A stretch of 64,000 nt of DNA from Gammaproteobacteria bacterium (GTDB taxonomy: Bacteria > Pseudomonadota > Gammaproteobacteria > Eutrophobiales > Eutrophobiaceae), in assembly GCA_965116495.1 (NCBI GenBank), contig OZ220696.1, positions 2,144,001 through 2,208,000 of the forward strand, given 5' to 3'. The notes below the pieces were generated by a model. That model was not told where the DNA came from. It made no database searches and saw only the letters and a list, made by a program, of their open reading frames with translations. The translations under genes and the position numbers were made by a program. How positions within the stretch are numbered: the first letter of the stretch is position 1; every line of letters begins with the position of its first letter. This document shows, in pieces, positions 52,346-62,066 of the stretch.

Positions 52346-52672
52346 GTGCGGGTAATCGCAAAAAGGTCATTAAGGAAGGTCTGGGAGTCGGTGCCTGAAT
52401 ATGCTGATGCGAAGGAGCCATTGGAGGCCTGGTATTTTGAAGTAATCAGGGCCTCATGGACTACTCCCCAGGAGTTGAAAGCACAGTTTGGATCGGCCAG
52501 TATCCTCAAAAACAGCCGGGTTGTTTTCAATATAGCGGGGAATAAGTACCGGCTCGTTGTTGCCGTCGATTACCGGAGACAGGCCTGTTTTGTGAAGTTT
52601 GTCGGCATTCACAAGCAATATGACACTATTGATGCGGAGACGTATGATGGATATTCAGCCCATAAAAAATGA
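52346..52672 (+). CDS. higB: HigB-type toxin
   Basis: RVVFNIAGNKYRL; GTG start 7 nt after TATAAT. Confidence 0.85.
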   Translation: MRVIAKRSLRKVWESVPEYADAKEPLEAWYFEVIRASWTTPQELKAQFGSASILKNSRVVFNIAGNKYRLVVAVDYRRQACFVKFVGIHKQYDTIDAETYDGYSAHKK

Positions 52673-53003
52673 ACGGGATTACGACCAGGCCCTTGCAGCA
52701 GTCGAAAGGCTGTGGGGAGCCGAAGAAGGGACGGAAGCGGGTGACAAACTGGATATCCTGTTAATCCTCGTTGAAGATTACGAAGACAAGCACCACCGGA
52801 TTTCACCACCGGACCCCGTGGATGCCATCAAATTCAGGATGGAACAAATGAACCTGACGAGAAAGGACCTGGAGCCCTGTATCGGCAACCGGGGCAGGGT
52901 TTCGGACATCCTGAACCGGCGCCGTGAACTCTCGTTGGCCATGATAAGAAACCTTCATTCCAGGCTGTCCATTCCGTTGGAGAGTCTTATCGGCGAGGCC
53001 TGA
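52644..53003 (+). CDS. higA: HigA-type antitoxin
   Basis: PIKNERDY..PDPVDAIKFRMEQ..DILNRRRELS. Confidence 0.85.
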   Translation: MMDIQPIKNERDYDQALAAVERLWGAEEGTEAGDKLDILLILVEDYEDKHHRISPPDPVDAIKFRMEQMNLTRKDLEPCIGNRGRVSDILNRRRELSLAMIRNLHSRLSIPLESLIGEA

Positions 53004-53067
53004 AAGAAGGACCCGTACACCCGCCCTTCGACATTTCACCCGGCCCGCAGCTTGTCCCATCCATAAG

Positions 53068-53112
53068 GTTGTGCTGATTGACGATGAGGATCGTCTATCA
53101 AAGAATACACAG
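53068..53112 (+). pseudogene. C-terminal remnant of RES toxin gene
   Basis: VVLIDDEDRLSKNT versus VVLIDDEERLPKNT at the end of 46422-46934. Confidence 0.65.
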
Positions 53113-53124
53113 CAGTATACACGG

Positions 53125-53169
53125 CCGGTTCGATTCAGGCGAAAGTATGGCCAGGGACGTAATAGTACT
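53125..53169 (-). repeat. tRNA-Phe 3'-end copy with flank (att-like junction 1)
   Basis: ccggttcgattcaggcgaaagtatggccagggac versus ccggttctattcagacgataagtatggccagggac at 55028. Confidence 0.8.
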
Positions 53170-53390
53170 AAACTGATAAGATACTGTTATAAAAGCTTTT
53201 TTATTGGTTTAATAAATTCCATTGTAACATTTATTACAACATTTTGTCTTGTAAGGATTTGATGCCCTGCAGGTGGATCAGGGTACGGGTAGGAGGTCAT
53301 CCTCCACACGAAGCATTTTGATCTGCAATTTTATCGATGTGCCACCAAAATGTTTGACATATCTTATATGGTATATATACTCTTTTTAGT

Positions 53391-53672
53391 ATGTGGGCCG
53401 TTTATGAACATCGCCGGGTTGACAAACAGCTCACTAAGGCTCCGATTGAAGTACAGAAACGTTATGAGAAATGGAAGGATATTGTCAGTATTTCGGGTCC
53501 TGCCGGATTGAAGCTGATACGCGGTTTTCATGATGAGGCGCTTCGTGGTGAGTGGCAAGGCTTCCGTTCATCCCGCCTCAACCTACAATATCGGGTAATT
53601 TACGGAATCGAAGGTGAGAACCTTATGGTCCAGGTGGTGGAAGTGACTGCCCATGATTACAGGAAAAAATGA
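53391..53672 (+). CDS. RelE/YafQ-like mRNA interferase toxin
   Basis: GFHDEALRGEWQGFRSSRLNLQYRVIY; TTGACA-16-TATACT promoter. Confidence 0.85.
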   Translation: MWAVYEHRRVDKQLTKAPIEVQKRYEKWKDIVSISGPAGLKLIRGFHDEALRGEWQGFRSSRLNLQYRVIYGIEGENLMVQVVEVTAHDYRKK

Positions 53673-53935
53673 TTATGAAAGAATTTCGAGAAGCAAAATC
53701 CCGTATTCAAATTTCAACCGGGGAATCCGTCAGAATTATCAGGGAATTGCAGGAACTCAGCCAGAATGAACTTGCCGCTGTCACGGGTATCCCTCAATCG
53801 ACCATCTCCGCAATTGAGCGAGACAGGATCAACCTGGGAGTTGAACGGGCCAAGGTCCTTGCCAGGGCGCTCAGGTGCCATCCCGCAGCGCTGGTATTTC
53901 CTAATTGGGATATAGAATCGGAAATTGCCGCATAG
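53669..53935 (+). CDS. XRE-family HTH antitoxin
   Basis: LSQNELAAVTGIPQSTISAIE. Confidence 0.85.
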   Translation: MIMKEFREAKSRIQISTGESVRIIRELQELSQNELAAVTGIPQSTISAIERDRINLGVERAKVLARALRCHPAALVFPNWDIESEIAA

Positions 53936-54081
53936 TCGCTTTATCCTAATTCTCGATACAGCATCGGGTCAAACAGCATAGTCTTCCGATCAGGATTTGC
54001 GCAATTCGCCATAATTTTACCTCTAACCAGTATTCCGTTGTTTCTACCAGGAATGTTGCGCGGGATTTAAGGTCAAGCGCT

Positions 54082-54352
54082 TCAGAACGCCACCCTGTCC
54101 CCTCCCTTGAGCAGCAGAATCTCCCGCGCTTCATCTGGCGTCGCCACCTGCAGCCCCAGCCCTTCAATGATCTTGCGCACACGGGATACCTGATCGGCGT
54201 TGGATGTGGCCAGTTCACCCTTGCCCAGCCACAGCGAATCCTCAAGGCCGACCCGTACATGCCCACCCATGGAGGCGGCCATCGCGGCAACCCGCATCTG
54301 GTTGGCACCCGCGGCGAGCACCGACCAGCGGTAGTTATCGCCGAATAGGCGA
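54082..54352 (-). pseudogene. C-terminal remnant of 3-keto-5-aminohexanoate cleavage enzyme (DUF849/BKACE)
   Basis: GGHVRVGLEDSLW..SNADQV..ATPDEAREIL; N-terminal two thirds absent. Confidence 0.75.
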
Positions 54353-54427
54353 ATTCTCCAGCTGGCCCGACGCACACATTAAATAATATTCATTGCATAG
54401 TGTAATCATATTGATTACAATTCATGA

Positions 54428-54715
54428 ATGATAAGGAAGTTTCACCATAAGGGACTCAAGCGGTTTTTTGCCGACCCGCGGTACAGTGACAAGCGTGGAA
54501 TCAACCCGGACACGGCGTCACGCCTCATCGTCATTCTTGATGCGCTTGACGTTATTGAGAAAGCGGAAGAGATGGATATCTCAGGCCTGTATTTTCACAA
54601 ACTGAAAGGTGTGAGAAAAGGTGTATACAGCGTTCGCGTTACGGGCAACTGGCGAATCACCTGGAAGATGGCTGGTGAAGATGTTACCGATGTAAACCTG
54701 GAGGATTATCACTGA
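54428..54715 (+). CDS. HigB-like (plasmid maintenance killer) toxin
   Basis: HKGLKRFF..HKLKG..YSVRVTGNWRITW; palindrome gtaatcatattgattac upstream. Confidence 0.87.
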   Translation: MIRKFHHKGLKRFFADPRYSDKRGINPDTASRLIVILDALDVIEKAEEMDISGLYFHKLKGVRKGVYSVRVTGNWRITWKMAGEDVTDVNLEDYH

Positions 54716-55005
54716 TGAACCGTAAACCCTCACACCCGGGCGCGTTGATTAGAAACGTCATCCTGCCTGAGACCGGATTATCCGTCAGTTCACTCGCCGA
54801 GCGCTGTGGTGTTGCGCGCAATACCATGTCGAAGCTCATAAACGAGCGTGGTGACGTCACCGAGGACCTGGCCATTCGTCTGAGTTGTGTGCTGGGCAGC
54901 ACACCCGGGTTCTGGCTGGCCATGCAGTCGAAACTGAACTTATGGAAACTGGAGCGCAAGAACAGGCAAATCTACAGCCGTATGGAGCGCGTTCAGACAG
55001 GCTGA
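54715..55005 (+). CDS. HigA/VapI-type antidote
   Basis: HPGALI..LAIRL..TPGFWLAMQ. Confidence 0.87.
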   Translation: MNRKPSHPGALIRNVILPETGLSVSSLAERCGVARNTMSKLINERGDVTEDLAIRLSCVLGSTPGFWLAMQSKLNLWKLERKNRQIYSRMERVQTG

Positions 55006-55051
55006 ATAGCATAATCGCGCACAATGTCCGGTTCTATTCAGACGATAAGTA

Positions 55052-55124
55052 TGGCCAGGGACAGAATCGAACTGCCGACACAGGGATTTTCAGTCCCCTG
55101 CTCTACCTACTGAGCTACCTGGCC
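55052..55124 (-). tRNA. tRNA-Phe (GAA), CCA not encoded; probable island anchor
   Basis: GGCCAGGTAGCTCAGTAGGTAGAGC..CTGAAAA..GTTCGATTCTGTCCCTGGCCA. Confidence 0.96.
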
Positions 55125-55248
55125 AAATCGATGCGGGCGCCACTGAAGAGGTGACGTCGAAGAAAGGGAGGTATTAAATCTTACTCCGGGTTTTCCGTCA
55201 AGCGGGAGATTTATTATGCGCAGTTTCCGCTTACAGAGTGTTTACAGG

Positions 55249-55521
55249 CTATTCGGTTGGGGAAACAAACTCCTTCGGTCTTTCGGAACCTTCGCCGAAG
55301 AAAAATTTCTCCATTTCCTCTTCGAGAAATGCCCGCGCTTTCGCTTCGAACGGGGTCAGGCGGTATTCGTTGATCAGCATGGTCTGGTGTGACAGCCACA
55401 TCTGCCACGCCTCCTTCGACACGTTTTCATAGATGCGGACCCCCAGCTGGCCGGGGTATGGCGGGGCGACCAGTCCTTCCGCTTCCCGGTTCAGTTTTAT
55501 GCAAGTGACTGTATGTGCCAT
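55249..55521 (-). CDS. yggX: Fe(II)-trafficking/oxidative damage protection protein
   Basis: [21 protein letters not shown]; downstream of mutY. Confidence 0.93.
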   Translation of the reverse strand: MAHTVTCIKLNREAEGLVAPPYPGQLGVRIYENVSKEAWQMWLSHQTMLINEYRLTPFEAKARAFLEEEMEKFFFGEGSERPKEFVSPTE

Positions 55522-55549
55522 GGTGTTCTCTCCTGTGTGTCGTTCGATA

Positions 55550-56587
55550 TTAGACCTTCTCCATCAGCGCTTTCACCGGAGCGGCCATGCCAATTTCCGG
55601 CCCGTGTTCCGGCGCATACCAGAGGTAGGCTTCATTATCCCCTATTGTATCCGCCTTGTCCCTGATTACGGCTTTGACCGGGGTAATATCCAGGTAAAAG
55701 TGACTGAAGCTGTGGCGGATTTGCGGTAGTGTGGTGAGCGCCCCGGATACCAGGACAGCGCGGGTCTTTATCCAGTCGGCCAGTTCCGTGCCGGAGTTGT
55801 ATTCAGGGAAACTCCATAACCCTCCCCATACACCGGCTGGAGGACGTTTTTCCAGCAGGATTTCCCCCTGTTCGTTTTCCAGCAGGGCGAATACAATCCG
55901 GCGCACCGGCAATGAAGTCTTTGTTCTCCCGGTCGGTAATTCCTTCTGCTCGCCGTGGCGGAATGCATAGCAACCTGATGCGAGGGGACAAGCGTCGCAG
56001 CGCGGCCGGGACCGGGTACAGACCGTGGCGCCCAGGTCCATGACGGCCTGGGTGTAGGCGGCCGTTTCCTGTTGCGGCGTTTCCCTTTCGGCCAGTTCCC
56101 ACAAGCGCTTCTCTACCTCCCCGTGGCCGGGCCATCCGTATATTCCATAGAAGCGGGCCAGCACCCGTTTTACGTTACCGTCGAGGATGGGAGCGCGGCG
56201 GCCATGGCCCAGGGTCATTATGGCCCCGGCGGTGGAACGTCCGATGCCGGGCAATGCCATCAAAGCCTCCGGATCATCGGGCAGGCGGCCGGCGAAATCT
56301 CGGGAGATAAGCTGTGCGGCCCGGTGCATATTCCTTGCCCTGGCATAATATCCCAGCCCCGTCCAGAGATGCAGCACCCGGTCCAAGGGGGCAGCGGCCA
56401 GGGGGACAGCGTCCGGAAACCGTTCAACAAAGCGGATGAAATACGGTATAACGGTCTTCACCTGGGTCTGCTGCAGCATGATTTCGGATACCCAGACGCG
56501 ATAAGGTCCGGGGTCCTGCTGCCAGGGGAGATCATGCCGGCCATGTTGTCTGAACCAGGGCAGTAATGCTGCAGCAAGCTCCGGCAT
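55550..56587 (-). CDS. mutY: A/G-specific adenine glycosylase
   Basis: [43 protein letters not shown]. Confidence 0.96.
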   Translation of the reverse strand: MPELAAALLPWFRQHGRHDLPWQQDPGPYRVWVSEIMLQQTQVKTVIPYFIRFVERFPDAVPLAAAPLDRVLHLWTGLGYYARARNMHRAAQLISRDFAGRLPDDPEALMALPGIGRSTAGAIMTLGHGRRAPILDGNVKRVLARFYGIYGWPGHGEVEKRLWELAERETPQQETAAYTQAVMDLGATVCTRSRPRCDACPLASGCYAFRHGEQKELPTGRTKTSLPVRRIVFALLENEQGEILLEKRPPAGVWGGLWSFPEYNSGTELADWIKTRAVLVSGALTTLPQIRHSFSHFYLDITPVKAVIRDKADTIGDNEAYLWYAPEHGPEIGMAAPVKALMEKV

Positions 56588-56616
56588 CAGTAATCAGCCT
56601 GAATATTTGATATCTA

Positions 56617-57183
56617 TCACGTCTCGTCGCTATGGGCGCCGGCGACCATGCTCTCCATCCTGAGGATGCTGTCACGCGCTTCCGTGACCATTTTGCGTTT
56701 CAGAAAAAACGGGCCGATGCCGGGCGGGACCCAGAAATCAGGCTGGAGTCGGAAACGATAGTTGATTTTACACCGGTCCGGGCCGAGCGGTTCGATCTGC
56801 CATTCCGTCCTGCCGTATTTGAAATCGCTTTGTTCCGGGACCATGATTGCCAGGAGCCTGCCGTCGGAGTACTGTTCCAGGTCCTCGACCATCACGACCT
56901 TGAAACAGAAGAATATGATACAGGTTTTGACGACGAGCCGGCGCCGGGTCTTATCCTCAGGCGCGTCCGGCACAAGACCCGATTCGATCATCACGTCGCT
57001 GAGTTCCTTGAAATTATCGTGGTCCATCAGGAGCGCTATCAGACCATCCCGTCCGGCCTCGACCTGCATCGTGAGGTCCAGTTGGTAATCGTTGCCCTCA
57101 TGCTCGACTTGGGCATACTGTATCTCTCCGGCGCTTGACAGCACACTGAAACAAACCAGAGCAGCAATTACCAGTTGTCGCAT
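56617..57183 (-). CDS. Secreted START/SRPBCC-fold protein
   Basis: Signal peptide; SDFKYG..W..PDFWVPP. Confidence 0.6.
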   Translation of the reverse strand: MRQLVIAALVCFSVLSSAGEIQYAQVEHEGNDYQLDLTMQVEAGRDGLIALLMDHDNFKELSDVMIESGLVPDAPEDKTRRRLVVKTCIIFFCFKVVMVEDLEQYSDGRLLAIMVPEQSDFKYGRTEWQIEPLGPDRCKINYRFRLQPDFWVPPGIGPFFLKRKMVTEARDSILRMESMVAGAHSDET

Positions 57184-57229
57184 TGTTCCTGTGTCATAAA
57201 TTGTTACCTGATCCGCGCCGTTTATTATA

Positions 57230-57285
57230 CTGGATTCCGGCTTGGGCTGGAATATCAGGTGGGGACGGACTTAAGTCCGTCCCCG
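57230..57285. repeat. REP-like palindromes
   Basis: ctggattccggcttgggctggaat and ggggacggacttaagtccgtcccc. Confidence 0.6.
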
Positions 57286-57307
57286 GACAGGCCGTATTAA
57301 TCAGTGC

Positions 57308-60298
57308 TCAGTTCTTTTTGAAAATTCCCTTCAAACCTTCTTTCAGGCCCTCTTTCAGTAACTCCTTTACCGGGTCGAATTCGGAGTCCTCATCCGTTTC
57401 CTCCTCCTTTTCCCTAGCGTCGGGCTCTCCTGCCCCGGGAAGCGGCAAATCGAGAACGTCAAAGACTTTATTCAACAGTAATCCGGACACTATATCTTCC
57501 CAGTCAAGCCTTATTTTCGGATTATCCAGCGGGCCGGAGACCTTCAGGGGCAATTCCAGCCCTTCCAGTTCGGCCAGTTCTTTTCCGCCCGCGCCTTTTG
57601 CGGTATTGGCGACAGTCGCCCGGGCCTGGTAGTCGATGGTACCGGTGTGCAGGTCCGCCAGCACGCCGGCGCCCTGCAGGCGAAATGCCGGCGCTTTCAG
57701 GACCAGGTCATCCATTCGGATTATACCGTCTTTTGCTATGGGATTACCGGTGAATTCGGTAAAATCGGTCGCCGCAGTTTCCTCCACGTCGACGCTCCCG
57801 CCCCGTTTGAACTGTTTCCACCGGCGCAACGTCCGGCCCAGGTTGAAGCCGGTAATGGCGCCCTCGGTGAAGCTCATACTCATCCGGCCGTCCAGGCTAC
57901 GCTTCATGGCGGCAATGCCGGTACCCTCGGCGGTCAATACAGCAGTGAAATTACCCCTGCCGCGCAGGCGCGCCTTGTTCTTAATGTCCATCAGCAACGG
58001 TTCGGCCTGGATACCCGCCAGGTTTGCATTGAGCGTAAGCACCGGGATCCGGGAGTTCATGTCGAGGTTGATACCGGCAGCTAACCGGCCTTCATACAGG
58101 GCAGCCGTTACCGGGTCTGCCCGCAATACACCGTCCTGCGCCTTCAGTTGTAATGTAAAACCATCCAGGCGCGCCTTCGAAACAATCAGCCTGTCTATTC
58201 TCAGATCTCCCTCCATATCCGTGGCAGCCAGGAAAGCTATGGGAAGAGCGGCGAGCTCACCGGCTTTCCTGTTTGTCCGCGGGCTTCCCTGCCCGTTGTT
58301 CGGACCGGGAGGCAGATAGCGATCCAGGTCCAGTTGATCCACATCCAGGTCGAACTGTGAAACCGCTTCGTCCCGCATTCTGATCTCACCGCTGAGGCGC
58401 GTGTCATCCAGTTGCAACACCACATGCTCCAGGTCCAGGCCTGTTGCGGACCGGTCGAACCGGCCGGCCATGGAAACCTCGGTAAAGGTCTTATCGTCCT
58501 TCGTTTCGGGAAGTTCCTGCTTGAGTTGCCGGGCCATCCGGCGCAGGTTGAACGGTGAGATCTCCAGTTGTCCGCGGGCGGCAGGCTCATCGAAGATATC
58601 GGCGAACTCGACGTGGCCGGTGGTCCTGAGCCCAAGTCCATCCAGGGTAAATTCGTCGAGCACAAGCGTCTCCTTATCCAGGTTGAGCCAGGTATTTGCA
58701 TTGAGAGTCATGGTTGCGGGAGAACCGGGAATATCCGGCCCGGCGAATACGGCTGCAAGGGACATCATCTCCAGGGAAATCCCCGATCCTTTCCCCTCTA
58801 CGCGGGTATCAAGCTCCACGGATTGCAGGACCTGGGCCAGACCGGCCTGGTCCAGCGCCGTGAGCAGCCCCGCAATTCGGCTGCCCTTTATATTCAGGTT
58901 GCCCTCTACCTCACCCCTCCTGCTATTCATGTTCCTGGCGTCCAGCGCGCCCGATGCATCGAGACCCAGGGCTTCCAGCGACAGCGCCGGCACGGAGATG
59001 TCGCCGCTTTTCAGGTCGGCATCGAAGGCGGTCGTTACCCGGAATGCCCGGGCCGGGATACCCGCCAGTTTCCTGCCGTAACGGGCCAGCGCGGCGTCCT
59101 GTCCCCCCTGCAACTGACCCAGGACCTGCATCAGGGCAGGCAGGTCCGGCCCGCCGGCGTTCAATTCTCCCTGATAGCCTGGAGTCTCGGAGTGAATGTT
59201 ACGGGCCTTCACCGCGCCGTTGATGACCGCGCCCAGCAGGTTCGCCGACAGTTCGGACAAATCGATATCACCCCTTTCCAGGTCCGCATCCACCGTGGCG
59301 CTAACCTGGAAACTACGGTCCGCCAGCCGGGCCAGTTGTGACGCCAGCGCCTCTATCTCAGCCACCTTGAACAACAGACCCAGGTCCGGGCCCTGTGCGT
59401 CCAGGGTCGCGGCAATGGCAGGCGCGGTCGAATCGAGCCGTTGCGCGCTGAGATTGCCCCTGATCGAGGCATCCAGGACACTGAGGGTGAAATCGGAAAG
59501 CGCCGCCGTTGCCTCGTCCAGGTTCATATCAAGCGCGGCGGACAGCTTCGCCGCAGTCTCCCCGCCAGGTATATTCGCGCCGCTGATCACAGCATTAATA
59601 TCCAGGGGGGCAATGGCGATGCGCTGTTCATCCGTGGCGTAGTTAATGATACCGGCCAGGGACACGGTCGCGCCAAGCGCCGGCTTGGCGCTGTTGCCGC
59701 GAAAACTCAGATTGATATCGACGGGTTCGCCGTATTTCAGTTCCGCGGTCGAAATATCGAGACCGGAGACCTCGTAGCGTACCTTTTCGCGCCGGTCGTG
59801 CAGGGTGATCCTGGCGTCCTCGATGGCTACACCGCCCAGGGCAATTGCAGCCAAGGGCAGCAACGGTTTATCTCGTGCGGCGTCAGCCACGTCGTCGAGG
59901 ACGTCCCAGTTGGCAAGGCCCTGCTCATTGCGCACCAGGTTGATAACGGCGCCCCTGACGGCAACCGTATCCACTTCGTATTCTTCCCGTAGCAAGGGGA
60001 GTAATTTGACACGCAGCTTGACGTAATCCAGGGAAGCGAACGGTTCGGCGCCGAACACTTCGGTATTGGCGACGCTGATATTACCGGCTTCCACACCCAG
60101 CCAGGGATAAAAGGTAAAAGCGACAGGCCCGTCAAGGGAGATATTCCGGCCTGTCTCCTTGTGGAACCTTGCCTCTATCCAGTCCTTGTGTTCGTTGGGA
60201 TCGATTGTGCTGACCAGGATGACCACAGCCGCTATCGTGATAACGCTGAGTCCTGCCAGCCAGAACAGGAGTTTGATCAGCTTCTTCAGGAGATTCAT
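57308..60298 (-). CDS. asmA: AsmA family protein, elongated by internal repeats
   Basis: N-terminal TM, TGRNISLDG..YPWLG, LDLDRYLP, LPLKVSGPLDNP; upstream of mutY. Confidence 0.88.
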   Translation of the reverse strand: MNLLKKLIKLLFWLAGLSVITIAAVVILVSTIDPNEHKDWIEARFHKETGRNISLDGPVAFTFYPWLGVEAGNISVANTEVFGAEPFASLDYVKLRVKLLPLLREEYEVDTVAVRGAVINLVRNEQGLANWDVLDDVADAARDKPLLPLAAIALGGVAIEDARITLHDRREKVRYEVSGLDISTAELKYGEPVDINLSFRGNSAKPALGATVSLAGIINYATDEQRIAIAPLDINAVISGANIPGGETAAKLSAALDMNLDEATAALSDFTLSVLDASIRGNLSAQRLDSTAPAIAATLDAQGPDLGLLFKVAEIEALASQLARLADRSFQVSATVDADLERGDIDLSELSANLLGAVINGAVKARNIHSETPGYQGELNAGGPDLPALMQVLGQLQGGQDAALARYGRKLAGIPARAFRVTTAFDADLKSGDISVPALSLEALGLDASGALDARNMNSRRGEVEGNLNIKGSRIAGLLTALDQAGLAQVLQSVELDTRVEGKGSGISLEMMSLAAVFAGPDIPGSPATMTLNANTWLNLDKETLVLDEFTLDGLGLRTTGHVEFADIFDEPAARGQLEISPFNLRRMARQLKQELPETKDDKTFTEVSMAGRFDRSATGLDLEHVVLQLDDTRLSGEIRMRDEAVSQFDLDVDQLDLDRYLPPGPNNGQGSPRTNRKAGELAALPIAFLAATDMEGDLRIDRLIVSKARLDGFTLQLKAQDGVLRADPVTAALYEGRLAAGINLDMNSRIPVLTLNANLAGIQAEPLLMDIKNKARLRGRGNFTAVLTAEGTGIAAMKRSLDGRMSMSFTEGAITGFNLGRTLRRWKQFKRGGSVDVEETAATDFTEFTGNPIAKDGIIRMDDLVLKAPAFRLQGAGVLADLHTGTIDYQARATVANTAKGAGGKELAELEGLELPLKVSGPLDNPKIRLDWEDIVSGLLLNKVFDVLDLPLPGAGEPDAREKEEETDEDSEFDPVKELLKEGLKEGLKGIFKKN

Positions 60299-60363
60299 TG
60301 ATCCGCCAGCTATATCAACTGTGCAGCCGGTTGACCTCGACGAGACATTAAACGGACCGAGCC

Positions 60364-61776
60364 TCAACCGTCATCGGCGTTAAGGGTTGCCAGGTAGCGG
60401 CGCGCCTCGGCAACCGCCTTCTTAACCGTATCGGGGGCAGTCCCGCCTGAAATATCCCGGGCGGATACGGAGCCTTGCAGCGTCAGGTATTCGTAAACGT
60501 CAGCTTCAATTCCATCGTGGAATTGCTGCAATTCATGCAGTTCCAGGTGTTCCAGTTCACGGCCCTGCCGTATGGCAAGTTTCACGATGTTGCCGGCGAT
60601 AGTGTGGGCATTCCGGAACGCCATCCCTTTCACGACCAGGTAATCAGCCAGGTCGGTGGCCGTCAGGTAACCTTCCTGCGAGGCAGCCAACATGGCGCTG
60701 CGGTTGACCTGTATCGAGGGAACCAGCTTGAGGTAGGCCTCAAGACACAGCTTCACCGTATCCACTGCATCGAATACGCATTCCTTGTCCTCCTGGTTAT
60801 CCCGGTTGTATGCCAGCGGTTGCCCCTTCATGATAGTCAGCATGGCCATCAGGTCGCCATAAACCCGGCCTGTCTTGCCGCGCACCAGTTCTGCCACGTC
60901 GGGGTTCTTCTTTTGCGGCATGATGGAGGAACCGGTGCAGAGCGCATCGTCGATGTCGATGAAACCGAATGCCGGCGACAACCACAGGATAAGTTCCTCG
61001 GAAAACCGTGATAAGTGCAGCATGACCAGCGCCGCGGCGGCGCAGGACTCGATTATGAAGTCCCGGTCACTCACGGCGTCCAGCGAATTCTCCGCCACGG
61101 CGGAAAACCCCAGCAACCCGGCGCTCAACGACCGGTCGACGGGGTAACGCGTGCCGGCCAATGCCGCAGCCCCCAGCGGCATTACGTTGATTCGTTCGAG
61201 GCAATCACCGAAACGTTGCCGGTCCCGCTTCAACATTTCATACCAGGCCAGCATATGGTGACCGAACGTGACCGGCTGCGCCGGCTGCAAGTGGGTATAG
61301 CCCGGCATCAGGGTCGCGGCTTCCTGCTCGGCCAGTGCCACCAGCGCCTGCATGTTATGCAGCAATAACGACCTGATTTGCCCTGTTTCCGCGCGCAGGT
61401 AAAGGCGCAGGTCGGTAGCGACCTGGTCGTTACGCGAACGGCCGGTATGCACTTTTTTTCCCACCTCACCGACCCGTTCAACCAGGGCAGCCTCAATATT
61501 CATGTGGACGTCTTCCAGTTCCTGCTTCCAGGTGAACCTGCCTGCCTCGATCTCGGCCAGGATGGCATTCAGCCCATCGGTGATCTGCTCACATTCGGCC
61601 TGCGCCAGCACACCGGCGCGCGCCAGCGTCGCCACGTGGGCGATCGACCCCCGGATATCATACGGGGCCAGTCTCTGGTCGAAAGACACGGATTGGGTAA
61701 ACTCCTCCACGAACCGGTCCGTGGCCCCGGTAAACCGGCCACCCCAGGGCTTTTCTGTTTTGTTCTCGGTTGCCAT
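60364..61776 (-). CDS. argH: Argininosuccinate lyase
   Basis: [27 protein letters not shown]. Confidence 0.98.
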   Translation of the reverse strand: MATENKTEKPWGGRFTGATDRFVEEFTQSVSFDQRLAPYDIRGSIAHVATLARAGVLAQAECEQITDGLNAILAEIEAGRFTWKQELEDVHMNIEAALVERVGEVGKKVHTGRSRNDQVATDLRLYLRAETGQIRSLLLHNMQALVALAEQEAATLMPGYTHLQPAQPVTFGHHMLAWYEMLKRDRQRFGDCLERINVMPLGAAALAGTRYPVDRSLSAGLLGFSAVAENSLDAVSDRDFIIESCAAAALVMLHLSRFSEELILWLSPAFGFIDIDDALCTGSSIMPQKKNPDVAELVRGKTGRVYGDLMAMLTIMKGQPLAYNRDNQEDKECVFDAVDTVKLCLEAYLKLVPSIQVNRSAMLAASQEGYLTATDLADYLVVKGMAFRNAHTIAGNIVKLAIRQGRELEHLELHELQQFHDGIEADVYEYLTLQGSVSARDISGGTAPDTVKKAVAEARRYLATLNADDG

Positions 61777-61885
61777 CGGCAAGAATTAACGTTATCAGCA
61801 GGGCGGATAGTATACCGCAGTAAAGAAAAAGGTGGCAGACTAACCGTACGCCGGGTGTGACTGAAAGTGTGGTCAAACGCCTTAC

Positions 61886-62056
61886 TGTCATTCCCGCGAA
61901 GGCGGGAATCCAGTGAAAAAAACGTCCTCAAGGGACACCTTGTAATGTGTCCCCCGCTTACAACATGCGGGGGGCAGGCTCCAGTGACATGTTTAACAGA
62001 CTGGATTCCTGCCCCTGCTCAACGCCATACAGGGACAGGCTTTCGCAGGAATGACG
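61886..62056. repeat. REP-like doublet with nested hairpins
   Basis: gtcattcccgcgaaggcgggaatccag ... ctggattcctgc[insert]tttcgcaggaatgac. Confidence 0.7.
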
Positions 62057-62066
62057 TCTCTTCTGC

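Noticed and set aside
40527-55070. Recurring TGGCCAGGGAC motif as integron attC sites or CRISPR repeats
   Set aside because: No GTTRRRY/RYYYAAC palindromic architecture, spacing is in kilobases, and the motif is explained by the tRNA-Phe 3' end.
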